A program made the translations under genes and the position numbers. A stretch of DNA of 59,636 bases, filler included, from an uncultured bacterium (GTDB taxonomy: Bacteria; DAOPZR01), in NCBI GenBank assembly GCA_964637655.1. It is 5 parts of 5 records of this genome, joined end to end, with 100 filler letters (N's around TTAATTAATTAA, not from the genome) between each part and the next. Parts side by side here need not be neighbours in the genome. Positions count along the whole stretch, not along the records: positions 1 to 12,055 come from CAZWUZ010000101.1; positions 12,156 to 24,069 come from CAZWUZ010000102.1; 3 more parts are not named here. One strand, written 5' to 3'. The notes below the pieces were generated by a model. It had not been told where the DNA came from, did not search any database, and saw only the letters and a list, made by a program, of their open reading frames with translations. Below, in pieces: positions 8,932 to 17,757 of the stretch. The first letter of the stretch is position 1. Every line of letters begins with the position of its first letter.

Positions 8932-9474
8932 TCAAGGGAGTGATTCCATCACCCCGTTGCTGGACACGTACCGGATAGTCTCCGCCCGGTGATAATCAGA
9001 GCGGTGCACGGATTGTATATAGTACTCGTTCCCGTTGCTGCCATATTCGTAGGCGTTGCCCCACGGGTCGGGTGCGATGGTGGCCATGTACGGACCGGCC
9101 CATCCCGGCACATTATCGTGATAGAGCTGGTTCAGGGACCCGGTAGGAAACGTCTTTGACTGGACATCGACCTGGTAGAGCGCCAGCGCGGAATTAAATG
9201 CGCCAATGTCCCCGGCCGCCGCGCCGACTTTCGACTTTTCAATCGCGCTGAGAAGTTTCGGGATGGCAACCGCGCCCATGATGCCCAGGAGAAGAATGCC
9301 GGCAATGGCCAGGACGCCCACCACGATGAGGACAATTCCCCAGACAGGAAACCCTTTGGCTGCAGGTTGGGGCGCAGGGGTAGCGGGAGCTGCAAGCGCA
9401 TACCCGCAATGCGGACACGTCGCCGCCGAATCGCTCACCTCGTGCCTGCACTCCGGGCAGTTGACCAGTGCCAT
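8932..9474 (-). CDS. Zinc-ribbon plus GspG/pilin-like membrane protein
   Basis: N-terminal CPECRHEVSDSAATCPHCG, one TM helix, then AIPKLL..ALALYQVD..WAGPYM..DPWGNAYEY typical of GspG pseudopilins. Confidence 0.7.
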   Translation of the reverse strand: MALVNCPECRHEVSDSAATCPHCGYALAAPATPAPQPAAKGFPVWGIVLIVVGVLAIAGILLLGIMGAVAIPKLLSAIEKSKVGAAAGDIGAFNSALALYQVDVQSKTFPTGSLNQLYHDNVPGWAGPYMATIAPDPWGNAYEYGSNGNEYYIQSVHRSDYHRAETIRYVSSNGVMESLP

Positions 9475-9631
9475 GTGTCACACCTCCGATTTGTACCATC
9501 AGCTTATGCAACTCTTCAGCTTCGCTGATTGCCTGAGCGGCCTTCTGCCGCTTTCGCCGCAGCGAGTATAGCAAATCATCCGGATCCGCGCACGATACAG
9601 CAAGGGAGAAGCAACGATACCTTCCCGTATA

Positions 9632-9673
9632 TTGACCTGAGTCAAGGCATTTGTCTGCCGCCTGCGATACAAT
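9632..9673 (+). promoter_or_regulatory. FNR/CRP-family operator at -41.5 plus -10 box
   Basis: TTGAC-CTGA-GTCAA (9632-9645) and TACAAT (9668-9673). Confidence 0.7.
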
Positions 9674-9701
9674 GGGGGCACACAGCGGAGGAGGCGGCAC
9701 C

Positions 9702-10409
9702 ATGAAACGCACCATCGTACGGATCGACGAAGCGAAATGCAACGGCTGCGGGGTTTGTGTCCCGTCCTGCGCGGAAGGCGCCATCAAGATCATCAACGGC
9801 AAGGCAAAACTGCTCGCTGAAAACCTCTGCGACGGACTCGGCGCCTGCCTCGGCAAGTGCCCGCTGGACGCCATCACCGTCGAGGAGCGTGACGCGGATG
9901 CCTACGACGAGGCAGCGGTGCATGCGGCAAAGACGGCAACCGTCACCCCCGCGCCACACGCCCATCATGGCGGCTGTCCCGGGTCGCGGCTGCTGAACTT
10001 CGCGCCGCCGTCCGCCACCGCGACCCCGGCCGGCGATGCCGGCAGTTCGCAGTTGCGCCACTGGCCGGTGAAACTCGAACTGGTGCCGCCGCACGCCCCC
10101 TTCCTCGACGGGGCCAACCTCGTCGTTGCCGCCGACTGCGCCGCCATCGCCTACGCCAACTTTCACCGCGATTTCCTCGCGGGGAACAGCGTGGTCATCG
10201 GCTGCCCGAAATTTGCCGACCTCGACGCTTATATCGGGCGCCTGACCGCCATCGTGCAGAGCGCGAATCTCAAGAGCGTCACCGTGGTGCGCATGGAAGT
10301 CCCCTGCTGCATGGGCCTGACGCACGCGGTGCAGCAGGCGCTGGCGGCAAGCGGGAAAAAGGTGCCGTTCAGCGAACGCGTCATCAGCGTCCGCGGCGAA
10401 GAACAGTAG
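9702..10409 (+). CDS. 4Fe-4S dicluster ferredoxin-like protein with C-terminal Cys-rich domain
   Basis: CNGCGVCVPSCAEGA, CDGLGACLGKCP, GGCPGS, GCPK, MEVPCC; SD GGAGGAGG. Confidence 0.88.
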   Translation: MKRTIVRIDEAKCNGCGVCVPSCAEGAIKIINGKAKLLAENLCDGLGACLGKCPLDAITVEERDADAYDEAAVHAAKTATVTPAPHAHHGGCPGSRLLNFAPPSATATPAGDAGSSQLRHWPVKLELVPPHAPFLDGANLVVAADCAAIAYANFHRDFLAGNSVVIGCPKFADLDAYIGRLTAIVQSANLKSVTVVRMEVPCCMGLTHAVQQALAASGKKVPFSERVISVRGEEQ

Positions 10410-10416
10410 GGGATTC

Positions 10417-10563
10417 GTAACTATTCACCCTCTCCCGCTGCCTGCCGGGCAGGGGTGTGAAAAATGTGTGCGCCTTGCAACACCTGACGCTGCGCGTCTT
10501 CCACGCATCCTCCGGAGCGACCCTACGGGACTCCCGCTATGAACGGACGGGCTGAATAGTTAC
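10417..10563. mobile_element. 147-bp MITE with 11-bp terminal inverted repeats and 8-bp target duplication
   Basis: GTAACTATTCA...TGAATAGTTAC flanked by GGGGATTC at 10409-10416 and 10564-10571. Confidence 0.88.
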
Positions 10564-10648
10564 GGGGATTCTTGACCGGAAGACGGGGCGGAGGTAAGAT
10601 GCTCCTGTCGGCCCGCGGCGGGACAGGGCGGGCGACCGGAGGCGTCAC

Positions 10649-10924
10649 ATGGTCAATGCCATCATCCTGCTGAACTGTGAACGGCAGCGCATCACCGAGA
10701 TTGCCGATGTGCTCGCCGGCATGCCGGAAATCTCCGAGGTCTACTCGGTGGCGGGGCGCTACGACCTCGCAGCCATCATCCGCGTCGCGGATACCGATTC
10801 GCTGGCGGACGTCGTCACCGGGAAACTGCTCAAGGTGGACGGGATCACCGCGTCGGAGACACTGACCGCCTTCCGCGTCTACTCGCGCCACGACCTCGAG
10901 GCGATGTTCAACATCGGCGTCTGA
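10649..10924 (+). CDS. Lrp/AsnC ligand-binding (RAM) domain protein
   Basis: EVYSVAGRYDLAAIIR..DGITASETLTAF; no HTH. Confidence 0.88.
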   Translation: MVNAIILLNCERQRITEIADVLAGMPEISEVYSVAGRYDLAAIIRVADTDSLADVVTGKLLKVDGITASETLTAFRVYSRHDLEAMFNIGV

Positions 10925-10930
10925 CGCGGT

Positions 10931-11971
10931 TCAGCCGGCTTCTTCCCACGGCACGAGAAACAGCTGCTGCTTGCCTGACTTGCCCTTGACATCGACCGGC
11001 GCGAGCGGCTTGAGCGCGACCTGCGCGCGCACGCGCTCCGCCACCGTTTCCGTGACGATAATCTCCCCGCCGCGCGCCTGCGACTGGCAGCGGCTCGCCA
11101 TGTTGACCCCGTCACCGATGACCGTGTAATCCATGCGGTCGGGCGTGCCGAGATTCCCCTGCACCACCTCGGCGTAGTTGACCCCGATGCCGAGCCAGAC
11201 CGGCTGCAGGTCACCGTCGGGATTGAAACGCGGCGACGCGGCGAGAATCTCGTTGCACTGCTGCATCTCGCGCTGCACCGCCTGCGCTGCCGCCACCGCG
11301 CGCACGGCCGCGGCCCCATCGGCATCGTCAAACACCGCGAGGATGGCATCACCGATGACCTTGTCGATGCCGCCCCCGTGCCGCAGGATGACGTCGAAGA
11401 TAAAATAGAGGATGAAATTGAGCAGGTCGATGACGCGCTCGGGCGGCATCTGTTCGGAGAGCCGGGTAAAACCGCGGATGTCGGAGTAAAAGATGCCCAT
11501 CGCCCGGCGGGCGGTGGGGAGCGCGGTCCGCTGCTCCGCCGCGAGAATGCCGTCCGAACCCGCCGGCAGGTAGCGCTGGACACGCGCGCGCAGTTCCGTC
11601 AATTCCGCCGTCGCGGCATGCCAGTCGCGCATCTGCCGGCGCGCCGCCAGCAGCCGCCCGCAGGCCGGCAGCAGTTCGTCGCCGTCGAGCGGCAGCAGGG
11701 CATAGGCATCAGCCCCCGCCCGCAACGCCGCAACACGCGCGGCTGGTTCCACCAGCGCCAGCAGCGGGATACCCGCGCTGCGGGCCGGGACCGTCAGCCG
11801 GGCGACACTCTCCGTGGTGCCGCAGATGATGAGGTCGGGATGCAGCAGGAGCACGGCCGCCGCCGCGGTATCGGGCGCGGGTTGCTCCACCTGCCAGCCG
11901 CTTGCCGCCAGCAGTGCCGCTGCGCGGGGTGCCTGCAGACAGACGGCAACCGCCGCGCCGCTGTCGTTCAT
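10931..11971 (-). CDS. Class III adenylate cyclase with degenerate receiver domain
   Basis: FYSDIRGFTRLSE, DKVIGDAILAVF, DYTVIGDGVNMASR, VKGK; N-terminal PDLII..ALRAGADAY. Confidence 0.87.
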   Translation of the reverse strand: MNDSGAAVAVCLQAPRAAALLAASGWQVEQPAPDTAAAAVLLLHPDLIICGTTESVARLTVPARSAGIPLLALVEPAARVAALRAGADAYALLPLDGDELLPACGRLLAARRQMRDWHAATAELTELRARVQRYLPAGSDGILAAEQRTALPTARRAMGIFYSDIRGFTRLSEQMPPERVIDLLNFILYFIFDVILRHGGGIDKVIGDAILAVFDDADGAAAVRAVAAAQAVQREMQQCNEILAASPRFNPDGDLQPVWLGIGVNYAEVVQGNLGTPDRMDYTVIGDGVNMASRCQSQARGGEIIVTETVAERVRAQVALKPLAPVDVKGKSGKQQLFLVPWEEAG

Positions 11972-12055
11972 GCGGTCGGGGGGGCGCCGCCGCCGGGTCC
12001 GCGCCGCCCGCGGCCGCCACGCCCGCCGCGCCGCCGCCGCTGCCCGTCGCCCGTC

Positions 12056-12155
12056 NNNNNNNNNNNNNNNNNNNNNNNNNNNNNNNNNNNNNNNNNNNNT
12101 TAATTAATTAANNNNNNNNNNNNNNNNNNNNNNNNNNNNNNNNNNNNNNNNNNNN
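12056..12155. other. Artificial contig linker
   Basis: N44-TTAATTAATTAA-N44, stops in all frames. Confidence 0.98.
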
Positions 12156-12183
12156 ACTTTGGTTTTCAGAATGCTCCCCGCGT

Positions 12184-12684
12184 GTGAAGGGACTGCGAAG
12201 CTACGTGGCAAGTGCAGGCAGACCGACACGATGCACACCAGAGATTTGCGCAGAGTTCGAGCGGCTGCTCGGCGCGATGAACTACTTCGTGACTGCCTGC
12301 AACTATCTTGAGATCGACGAGGTTGTCGCGTATGAGTGGATGCGCAAGGGTGAGGCAGGCGATGACGCGGCTGGAGATTGGCCGGAGGCATACCGCGCAT
12401 TTGCTCAGTCTGTCAAAAGAGGGGCTGCCCGTGGCGAGGCTGCGGCGGTCGCCGAGATCAACCGTCACGGCAGGCCGCATGAGGTGCCGGAGGGACAGGT
12501 GCCCGGCCAGTGGCAGGCGCTGATGACGCTGCTTGAGCGGCGGTTCCCCGACCGCTGGAGCCGCGGCGAACGCCGGGAGGTCACGGGCGCAGGCGGCGGG
12601 CCGGTGGCGCATTCGATCATCTTCGAGGTAGTCGGTGGAGAGGAGGCAGCGGGTGAGCCGGACAGCGACGGCGACGAAGACTGA
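12184..12684 (+). CDS. Putative terminase small subunit
   Basis: GRPTRCTPE, HTH-like AYEWMRKG, WQALMTLLERRFPDRW; directly upstream of terL. Alternative GTG start at 12205. Confidence 0.7.
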   Translation: MKGLRSYVASAGRPTRCTPEICAEFERLLGAMNYFVTACNYLEIDEVVAYEWMRKGEAGDDAAGDWPEAYRAFAQSVKRGAARGEAAAVAEINRHGRPHEVPEGQVPGQWQALMTLLERRFPDRWSRGERREVTGAGGGPVAHSIIFEVVGGEEAAGEPDSDGDED

Positions 12685-13945
12685 TACGCGGTTCCAGATC
12701 AGCAAGCCGCAGGCGCGGTTCCTGCAGTCCACCGCTGCCAACGTGGTGCTGCAGGGCGGCGCGGGAAGCGGCAAGACCTGGGCGGCGGTGATGAAGGCGC
12801 TGGTCATGGCTTCTCAGCATCCGGGCTCGCGGGGCATGCTGGTTGCACCGTCGCACCCGCAGTTACAGCAGGCGGCAATGCCGCACCTGTTGACCATCGC
12901 CGACAAGCTCGGTCTGCTCACTACATGGGACTGGCACAAGAGCAACAACCTGATCACGCTGCCGAACGGTTCGGAGATATGGCTGCGCAGTGCGGACAAC
13001 CCGGCGGCGCTGCTAGGGGCCGACCTGTCGTGGTGCGTAGGCGACGAGGTAGGCCTGTGGCGCAAGCAGGCATACGACTACCTGATGGGCCGGCTGAGGC
13101 AGCCGGGCTACCCGCACCAGGCGGCATTCAGCTTCACCCCGAAAGGCAGAAACTGGTGCTGGGAGGCGCTGGGCATTGAGCGCGAGGGCCTGGAGATAGT
13201 GCGGTCCACCACGTTCTCGAACCCGTTCCTGGAGACCGACTACCACGACCGGCTGCGGCGGGAGTACGGCGAGGGCTCGCTGCTGTGGCAGCAGGAGGTC
13301 ATGGGCGAGTATGTGGCGTGGGAGGGTCTGGTCTACCCGCAGTTCGCCGTGGATACGCACGTGACTGAGCCGCCTGCGCGCGGGAAGTTCGCTGCCGTGA
13401 TCGGCGCCTGCGACTGGGGCTGGACGAACCCAGGTGTGCTGCTCGTGCTGGGGCTGGGCTACGATGATACCATCTACGTGCTCGATGAACTGTACCAGCG
13501 GGAGCAGCCGGTGGACTGGTGGGCGTCACAGGCGCAGCGGTTCGGCGACCAGTATGGCGTGACGGCATGGTATTGCGACCCGAGCGCGCCGGACAACATT
13601 CGCATGTTCCAGGTGGCGGGGCTGAACGCTCTGCCGGCGACCAACGCCGTGCTGCCGGGGCTGCAGGCGACGGGCGGGCGCATAGCCGCGCGGACGCTGC
13701 TGGTCGCGCCGGGCTGCATTGAGACGGTGCGGGAGATACAGACATACTGCTGGCGCACGCGGCCTGACGGCACGGTGCGGGCCGACGAGCCGGAGAAGCT
13801 CAACGACCACGCGATGGACGCGCTGCGGTACGGCGTGATGGGCTACATGGCTCCGGTGGAGACGCAGGCGATACGGTTCGTCGAGGCGCAAGATGTGCTC
13901 TACGCATTCGGGTCTGACGACGAGCTTGGAGCGGCGAGGCTATGA
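12635..13945 (+). CDS. Terminase large subunit
   Basis: Walker A GGAGSGKT, Walker B WCVGDE, FTP coupling motif, nuclease motifs ACDWGWTNP, YCDPS, DHAMDALRY. Confidence 0.93.
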   Translation: MERRQRVSRTATATKTDTRFQISKPQARFLQSTAANVVLQGGAGSGKTWAAVMKALVMASQHPGSRGMLVAPSHPQLQQAAMPHLLTIADKLGLLTTWDWHKSNNLITLPNGSEIWLRSADNPAALLGADLSWCVGDEVGLWRKQAYDYLMGRLRQPGYPHQAAFSFTPKGRNWCWEALGIEREGLEIVRSTTFSNPFLETDYHDRLRREYGEGSLLWQQEVMGEYVAWEGLVYPQFAVDTHVTEPPARGKFAAVIGACDWGWTNPGVLLVLGLGYDDTIYVLDELYQREQPVDWWASQAQRFGDQYGVTAWYCDPSAPDNIRMFQVAGLNALPATNAVLPGLQATGGRIAARTLLVAPGCIETVREIQTYCWRTRPDGTVRADEPEKLNDHAMDALRYGVMGYMAPVETQAIRFVEAQDVLYAFGSDDELGAARL

Positions 13946-16287
13946 GGTGGCCCTGGCAGCAGGACACTGAGCACGAGCGGGCACTGCGCGCGGCAGAGAC
14001 CGAGTATGCGCGGCTGCAGGAGGCTGTCGCCCGTAACGTGCAGCAGCAGATGGCGGAGGAGGACCGCGGCTGGACGGCGATGGCTGGATATGCGGACAGC
14101 CTGGACCTGACGCTGCGGGACCTCGACGACATCCGCAAGCGGTGCCGGGCGTTGTGGCGCGTCGATCCGACGGTGCGGCAGGCGGAGCGGCTGTTGGCCT
14201 CGGGCACGTTCGGCGAGGGTATCAGCACGCCGGCTGCGACGGACAAAGATGTGCAGGCTATCATCGACGAGCACTGGCACGACAGCGACAACCAGCTTGC
14301 ACTGTACTCGCACGAGGCGATGCTGCGCTCTAACCTGCTGATGCTGACCGACGGCGAGCAGTTCCTGACGCTGCACACGAGCCGGGCCGACCACCATGTG
14401 AAGTTGGGTGAGATCGACCCGTCTGAGATTGTGGCTGTGGTGGTGGACGAGGCGAACCCGCTGCGCCCGGTGGCGTATGCGCGGCGCTACTACCCCAGCG
14501 TCTACGACCCGCAGACGCAGACATATCAGCGCAGTGAGCAGGTGCGCGTGCTGCACATTGTAGACTGGACGGTACGGATACCGCAGGGCGCGCCGGGGGC
14601 TATCGACCCGGAGGTTGTGCGGCGAGCGCTGGCGCTGCCAGACGTGGTGCCGGACATGAGCATCTACCATCTGCGTCCGGTGGGCCTGGGGCGTCGTGGC
14701 ATCCCGGAGATATACCCGGCATACGACTGGATCAAGGCGCAGAGCAAGACGCTCTCGGCGCTGGTGACGTGGACCAGGGCGCAGGCCGCCATCGCGTGGC
14801 AGATACGGCAGACGGTGACGACGCAGGCGGCGGCGAACCGGGCGGCGCAGCAGGCCGGGCAGGTCGGCGGCGTGGCGGGCATCCGCGTGGCGAACGACCA
14901 GTCGGAGATGACGCCGGTAGATGTGGGCACGGGGCAGACGGCGAACCTGAGCGCAACGGTGCGGCAGGTGATGCTGCAGGGCGTCCGTGCGTTCGGGTTC
15001 GGCGAGCACTTCTATGGCGACGCGAGCAGCGGCAAGTACACGACCGCGGCGAACATGGAAATGCCGGTGATATGGAACATCCAGCAGCGGCAGACGATGT
15101 ACCGCGAGAGCCTGCGCGAGATAGTGCAGTATGCGCTGTGGTGGGCGCAGGACAGGCGCAAGCTGCCCGCCGGGGCTAACCTCTACTTCGACCTTGAGTT
15201 CCCGCCTGCGGAGCCCAGGACGCCGCAGACGCTGGCGACGGACCTGCAGGCGTTGGGCAGCGGTGTGATGACCGGGCTGCTCGATCCGCGCGAGGCGGCA
15301 TACCATGCCTACCTGTCGTTGGGCAGCAACGACATCGACGAGATACTGGAGCGGCAGTTCGGCGCACCGGGGGCAGAGCCTGATGAGTTACCTGCGCAGC
15401 AGCAGCCTGACGAGGAAGAGCCGGAGCCGGACGACGAGCAGGAGGGCGAGGTTGCGGAGGCTGCTGGAGTGCGCGCGACGCCTGCTGCCCGGAGCCGCGA
15501 GCGGGTAGAGGCGGAGTTCCAGCGGGATTTGCAGGCGAAGGTCCTGGACCCGTGGCATGCGTCTCTGGGGCCGTGGCTGGAGCGGATGGGCGAGGCCATC
15601 CCGGAGCCGGGTGTGTTGGCGACGCGGGTAGCCGCAATGCGCCCGGATGAGCGGGCGCTGCAGGGGGTGCTGGACACGTACCTGCTGAGGGCGGCGAACC
15701 TGGGCGGGGCGCTGGCAGTGGCGAAGTTGCGCGGACAGGTGGCCGAGGCGCGCACGCGCGAGGCGGCTGCGTTGCCGCAGTTCGTGCTCGATGACCCGGC
15801 GCTGCTGGCGCTGCTGAAGAAGCGCGGCGAGAAGATCACCGGTGAGGTCGTGCAGTCCATGCTCGACCAGCTTGGCGAGGTCCTGAGCCGCGAGTTCTAC
15901 GTCGAGGGCAAGGGGCCTGCGGCGTTGGCCGACAGCATCAACGAGATATTCCCGGCGACGTATGCGAACCGGGCGGAGACGATAGCGCGAACGGAGACCT
16001 GCATCGCGCAGATGACTACGCTGCACGAGACGTATGTGCGCAGCGGCGTCGAGTTCGAGGAGTGGTTGGCGTTCCTGGACGGCAAGACGCGGGAGTCGCA
16101 CGCGGCGGCGAACGGGCAGGTGGTGCCGGTCGGTGAGCCGTTCCGTGTGGGCGATGCGATGCTCATGCACCCTGGCGACCCGGATGGACCGCCGGAGGAG
16201 ACCATCAACTGCCGGTGCACCGTGGTGCCGGTAGTGGCGTCGGACAGTGGCATCGAGATATGGACAGGGGGCGGTACAGTTGAGTGA
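13942..16287 (+). CDS. Portal protein fused to MuF/SPP1 gp7-like minor head domain
   Basis: Position after terL; acidic linker; C-terminal RAETIARTE..TRESHAAANGQ..HPGDP..ETINCRC. Confidence 0.8.
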   Translation: MRWPWQQDTEHERALRAAETEYARLQEAVARNVQQQMAEEDRGWTAMAGYADSLDLTLRDLDDIRKRCRALWRVDPTVRQAERLLASGTFGEGISTPAATDKDVQAIIDEHWHDSDNQLALYSHEAMLRSNLLMLTDGEQFLTLHTSRADHHVKLGEIDPSEIVAVVVDEANPLRPVAYARRYYPSVYDPQTQTYQRSEQVRVLHIVDWTVRIPQGAPGAIDPEVVRRALALPDVVPDMSIYHLRPVGLGRRGIPEIYPAYDWIKAQSKTLSALVTWTRAQAAIAWQIRQTVTTQAAANRAAQQAGQVGGVAGIRVANDQSEMTPVDVGTGQTANLSATVRQVMLQGVRAFGFGEHFYGDASSGKYTTAANMEMPVIWNIQQRQTMYRESLREIVQYALWWAQDRRKLPAGANLYFDLEFPPAEPRTPQTLATDLQALGSGVMTGLLDPREAAYHAYLSLGSNDIDEILERQFGAPGAEPDELPAQQQPDEEEPEPDDEQEGEVAEAAGVRATPAARSRERVEAEFQRDLQAKVLDPWHASLGPWLERMGEAIPEPGVLATRVAAMRPDERALQGVLDTYLLRAANLGGALAVAKLRGQVAEARTREAAALPQFVLDDPALLALLKKRGEKITGEVVQSMLDQLGEVLSREFYVEGKGPAALADSINEIFPATYANRAETIARTETCIAQMTTLHETYVRSGVEFEEWLAFLDGKTRESHAAANGQVVPVGEPFRVGDAMLMHPGDPDGPPEETINCRCTVVPVVASDSGIEIWTGGGTVE

Positions 16288-17341
16288 GCGGCTGCGCGGG
16301 CGCAAGCGGATGACCGAGTACCTCGGCACGGCGGTCGAGGCGCTGGCTGATGGTGACTACCGCGTCGAGTTCCTGCGGCACGGCTGGACGGCTGACAGGG
16401 CGGCGTACTACACCGAGGCCGCGCTGAAGCTGGCTGCCGAGGCAGGCACCTACGACGGCGTGAAGATGTACCTGAACCACGAGGGGCAGGACGACCGCGA
16501 GCGCGGGCATCGCAGCGTCACCGAATGGGCAGGCACCATCAAGCCCGGCAGCGTGGTCATGGCCGAAGGTGGGCTCGAGGCCATTGCGCACGTCCACGAC
16601 CCGCGGTTGCAGAATATCCTGGGCGACCCTATCGCGAAGGCGAGCATCGGCCTGTCGCAGGACGCCTATGTTGCGTATAGGCGCAAGGTCATCGACGGTC
16701 AAGAGGCCGATGTGGTGGAGAGTATCGTGCAGTGTAACAGTGTGGATTGGGTCCCGGCGGGCAATGCCGGGGGCCGCGTGCTGGAGAACGCCGGGGCCGA
16801 GGAGGCTACTGAGATGAGCATCGACGAGCTGACGTTGGATGAGTTGCGTGAGGCGCGGCCCGACCTGGTGACTGCGCTGCTGGCGACCGCAGAGACCATC
16901 GAGGAAGAGGTGGACGGCATGTCTGAGCAGAAGGCCGCGATGCAGGAACTGATGGAGTCGAACGCAGCACTGCAGGCCGCGTTCGACGTGTTGCAGGCGA
17001 AGTACATCGAGGAGCAGGAGCAGCGCGAGACGGAGGCCGCGGCGCATGCTGCGGTCACGGCGGCAGGGCTGCAGGCGCACGAGGCGGCGCGGGTGCTGGA
17101 GACGCTGCGTGGTCGGGTCATTCCCGAGGCGGATCGCGATGCCGAGATCGCGCAGGCCATCGAGACGGAGCGGGCGCACACGGCTGCGGTGTTGCAGGCG
17201 GCAGGGGTACAGACGCGGGTGGAGAATGCCGGTGCCGCGGCGGCCGGTGCGCAGACCAACACTGACTATGAGGCGCGCTACCGCGAGGAGTGCGCGAAGC
17301 GCGGGGTGGCCTACATCCCGCTTGCGAAGGACGGTGAGTAA
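16280..17341 (+). CDS. Prohead maturation protease/scaffold
   Basis: YLNH..IGLS..SVDWV..AGG protease-like N-half and helical scaffold C-half. Start uncertain (TTG 16280 or ATG 16310). Confidence 0.65.
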   Translation: MSERLRGRKRMTEYLGTAVEALADGDYRVEFLRHGWTADRAAYYTEAALKLAAEAGTYDGVKMYLNHEGQDDRERGHRSVTEWAGTIKPGSVVMAEGGLEAIAHVHDPRLQNILGDPIAKASIGLSQDAYVAYRRKVIDGQEADVVESIVQCNSVDWVPAGNAGGRVLENAGAEEATEMSIDELTLDELREARPDLVTALLATAETIEEEVDGMSEQKAAMQELMESNAALQAAFDVLQAKYIEEQEQRETEAAAHAAVTAAGLQAHEAARVLETLRGRVIPEADRDAEIAQAIETERAHTAAVLQAAGVQTRVENAGAAAAGAQTNTDYEARYREECAKRGVAYIPLAKDGE

Positions 17342-17343
17342 CG

Positions 17344-17757
17344 ATGCCGTATATTGACATCGTAGAGGCGGGCAAGCATGAGGCAAGGTCGGAGGGTGGT
17401 GGCAACCATATCACGCTGTCGGCTGCGGACTTCGTCGATGGCGAGCTGGATGACATCACCAGCGGCGACCTGGTTGTGCTGACGGAGACCGGGCTCTGCG
17501 GCGTGGCGTTGACGGACTACAACACCGCGACCGACGAGGTTGTCATCGACATTACGGGCTGCCACTGGCTGCCGGTGAATGATGACGTCGAGGTTGGAAG
17601 CCGTATCTACTACGACGAGGACGCCGAGGAGCTGCACGCTGGGTCCGGGGACAACGACATCTTTGTCGGGTTCGCGCTCGCGGCGGATGACAGCTTCGTT
17701 TCTACGGCCATCGACGTGCCGGTGCGGCTGTGGCCGTTCGGCGAGGGGGTGCTCTAA
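17344..17757 (+). CDS. Head decoration/cement protein (DUF2190-like)
   Basis: ITSGDLVV..GVALTD..VGSRIYYD..VGFA; lies between protease and capsid genes. Confidence 0.65.
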   Translation: MPYIDIVEAGKHEARSEGGGNHITLSAADFVDGELDDITSGDLVVLTETGLCGVALTDYNTATDEVVIDITGCHWLPVNDDVEVGSRIYYDEDAEELHAGSGDNDIFVGFALAADDSFVSTAIDVPVRLWPFGEGVL

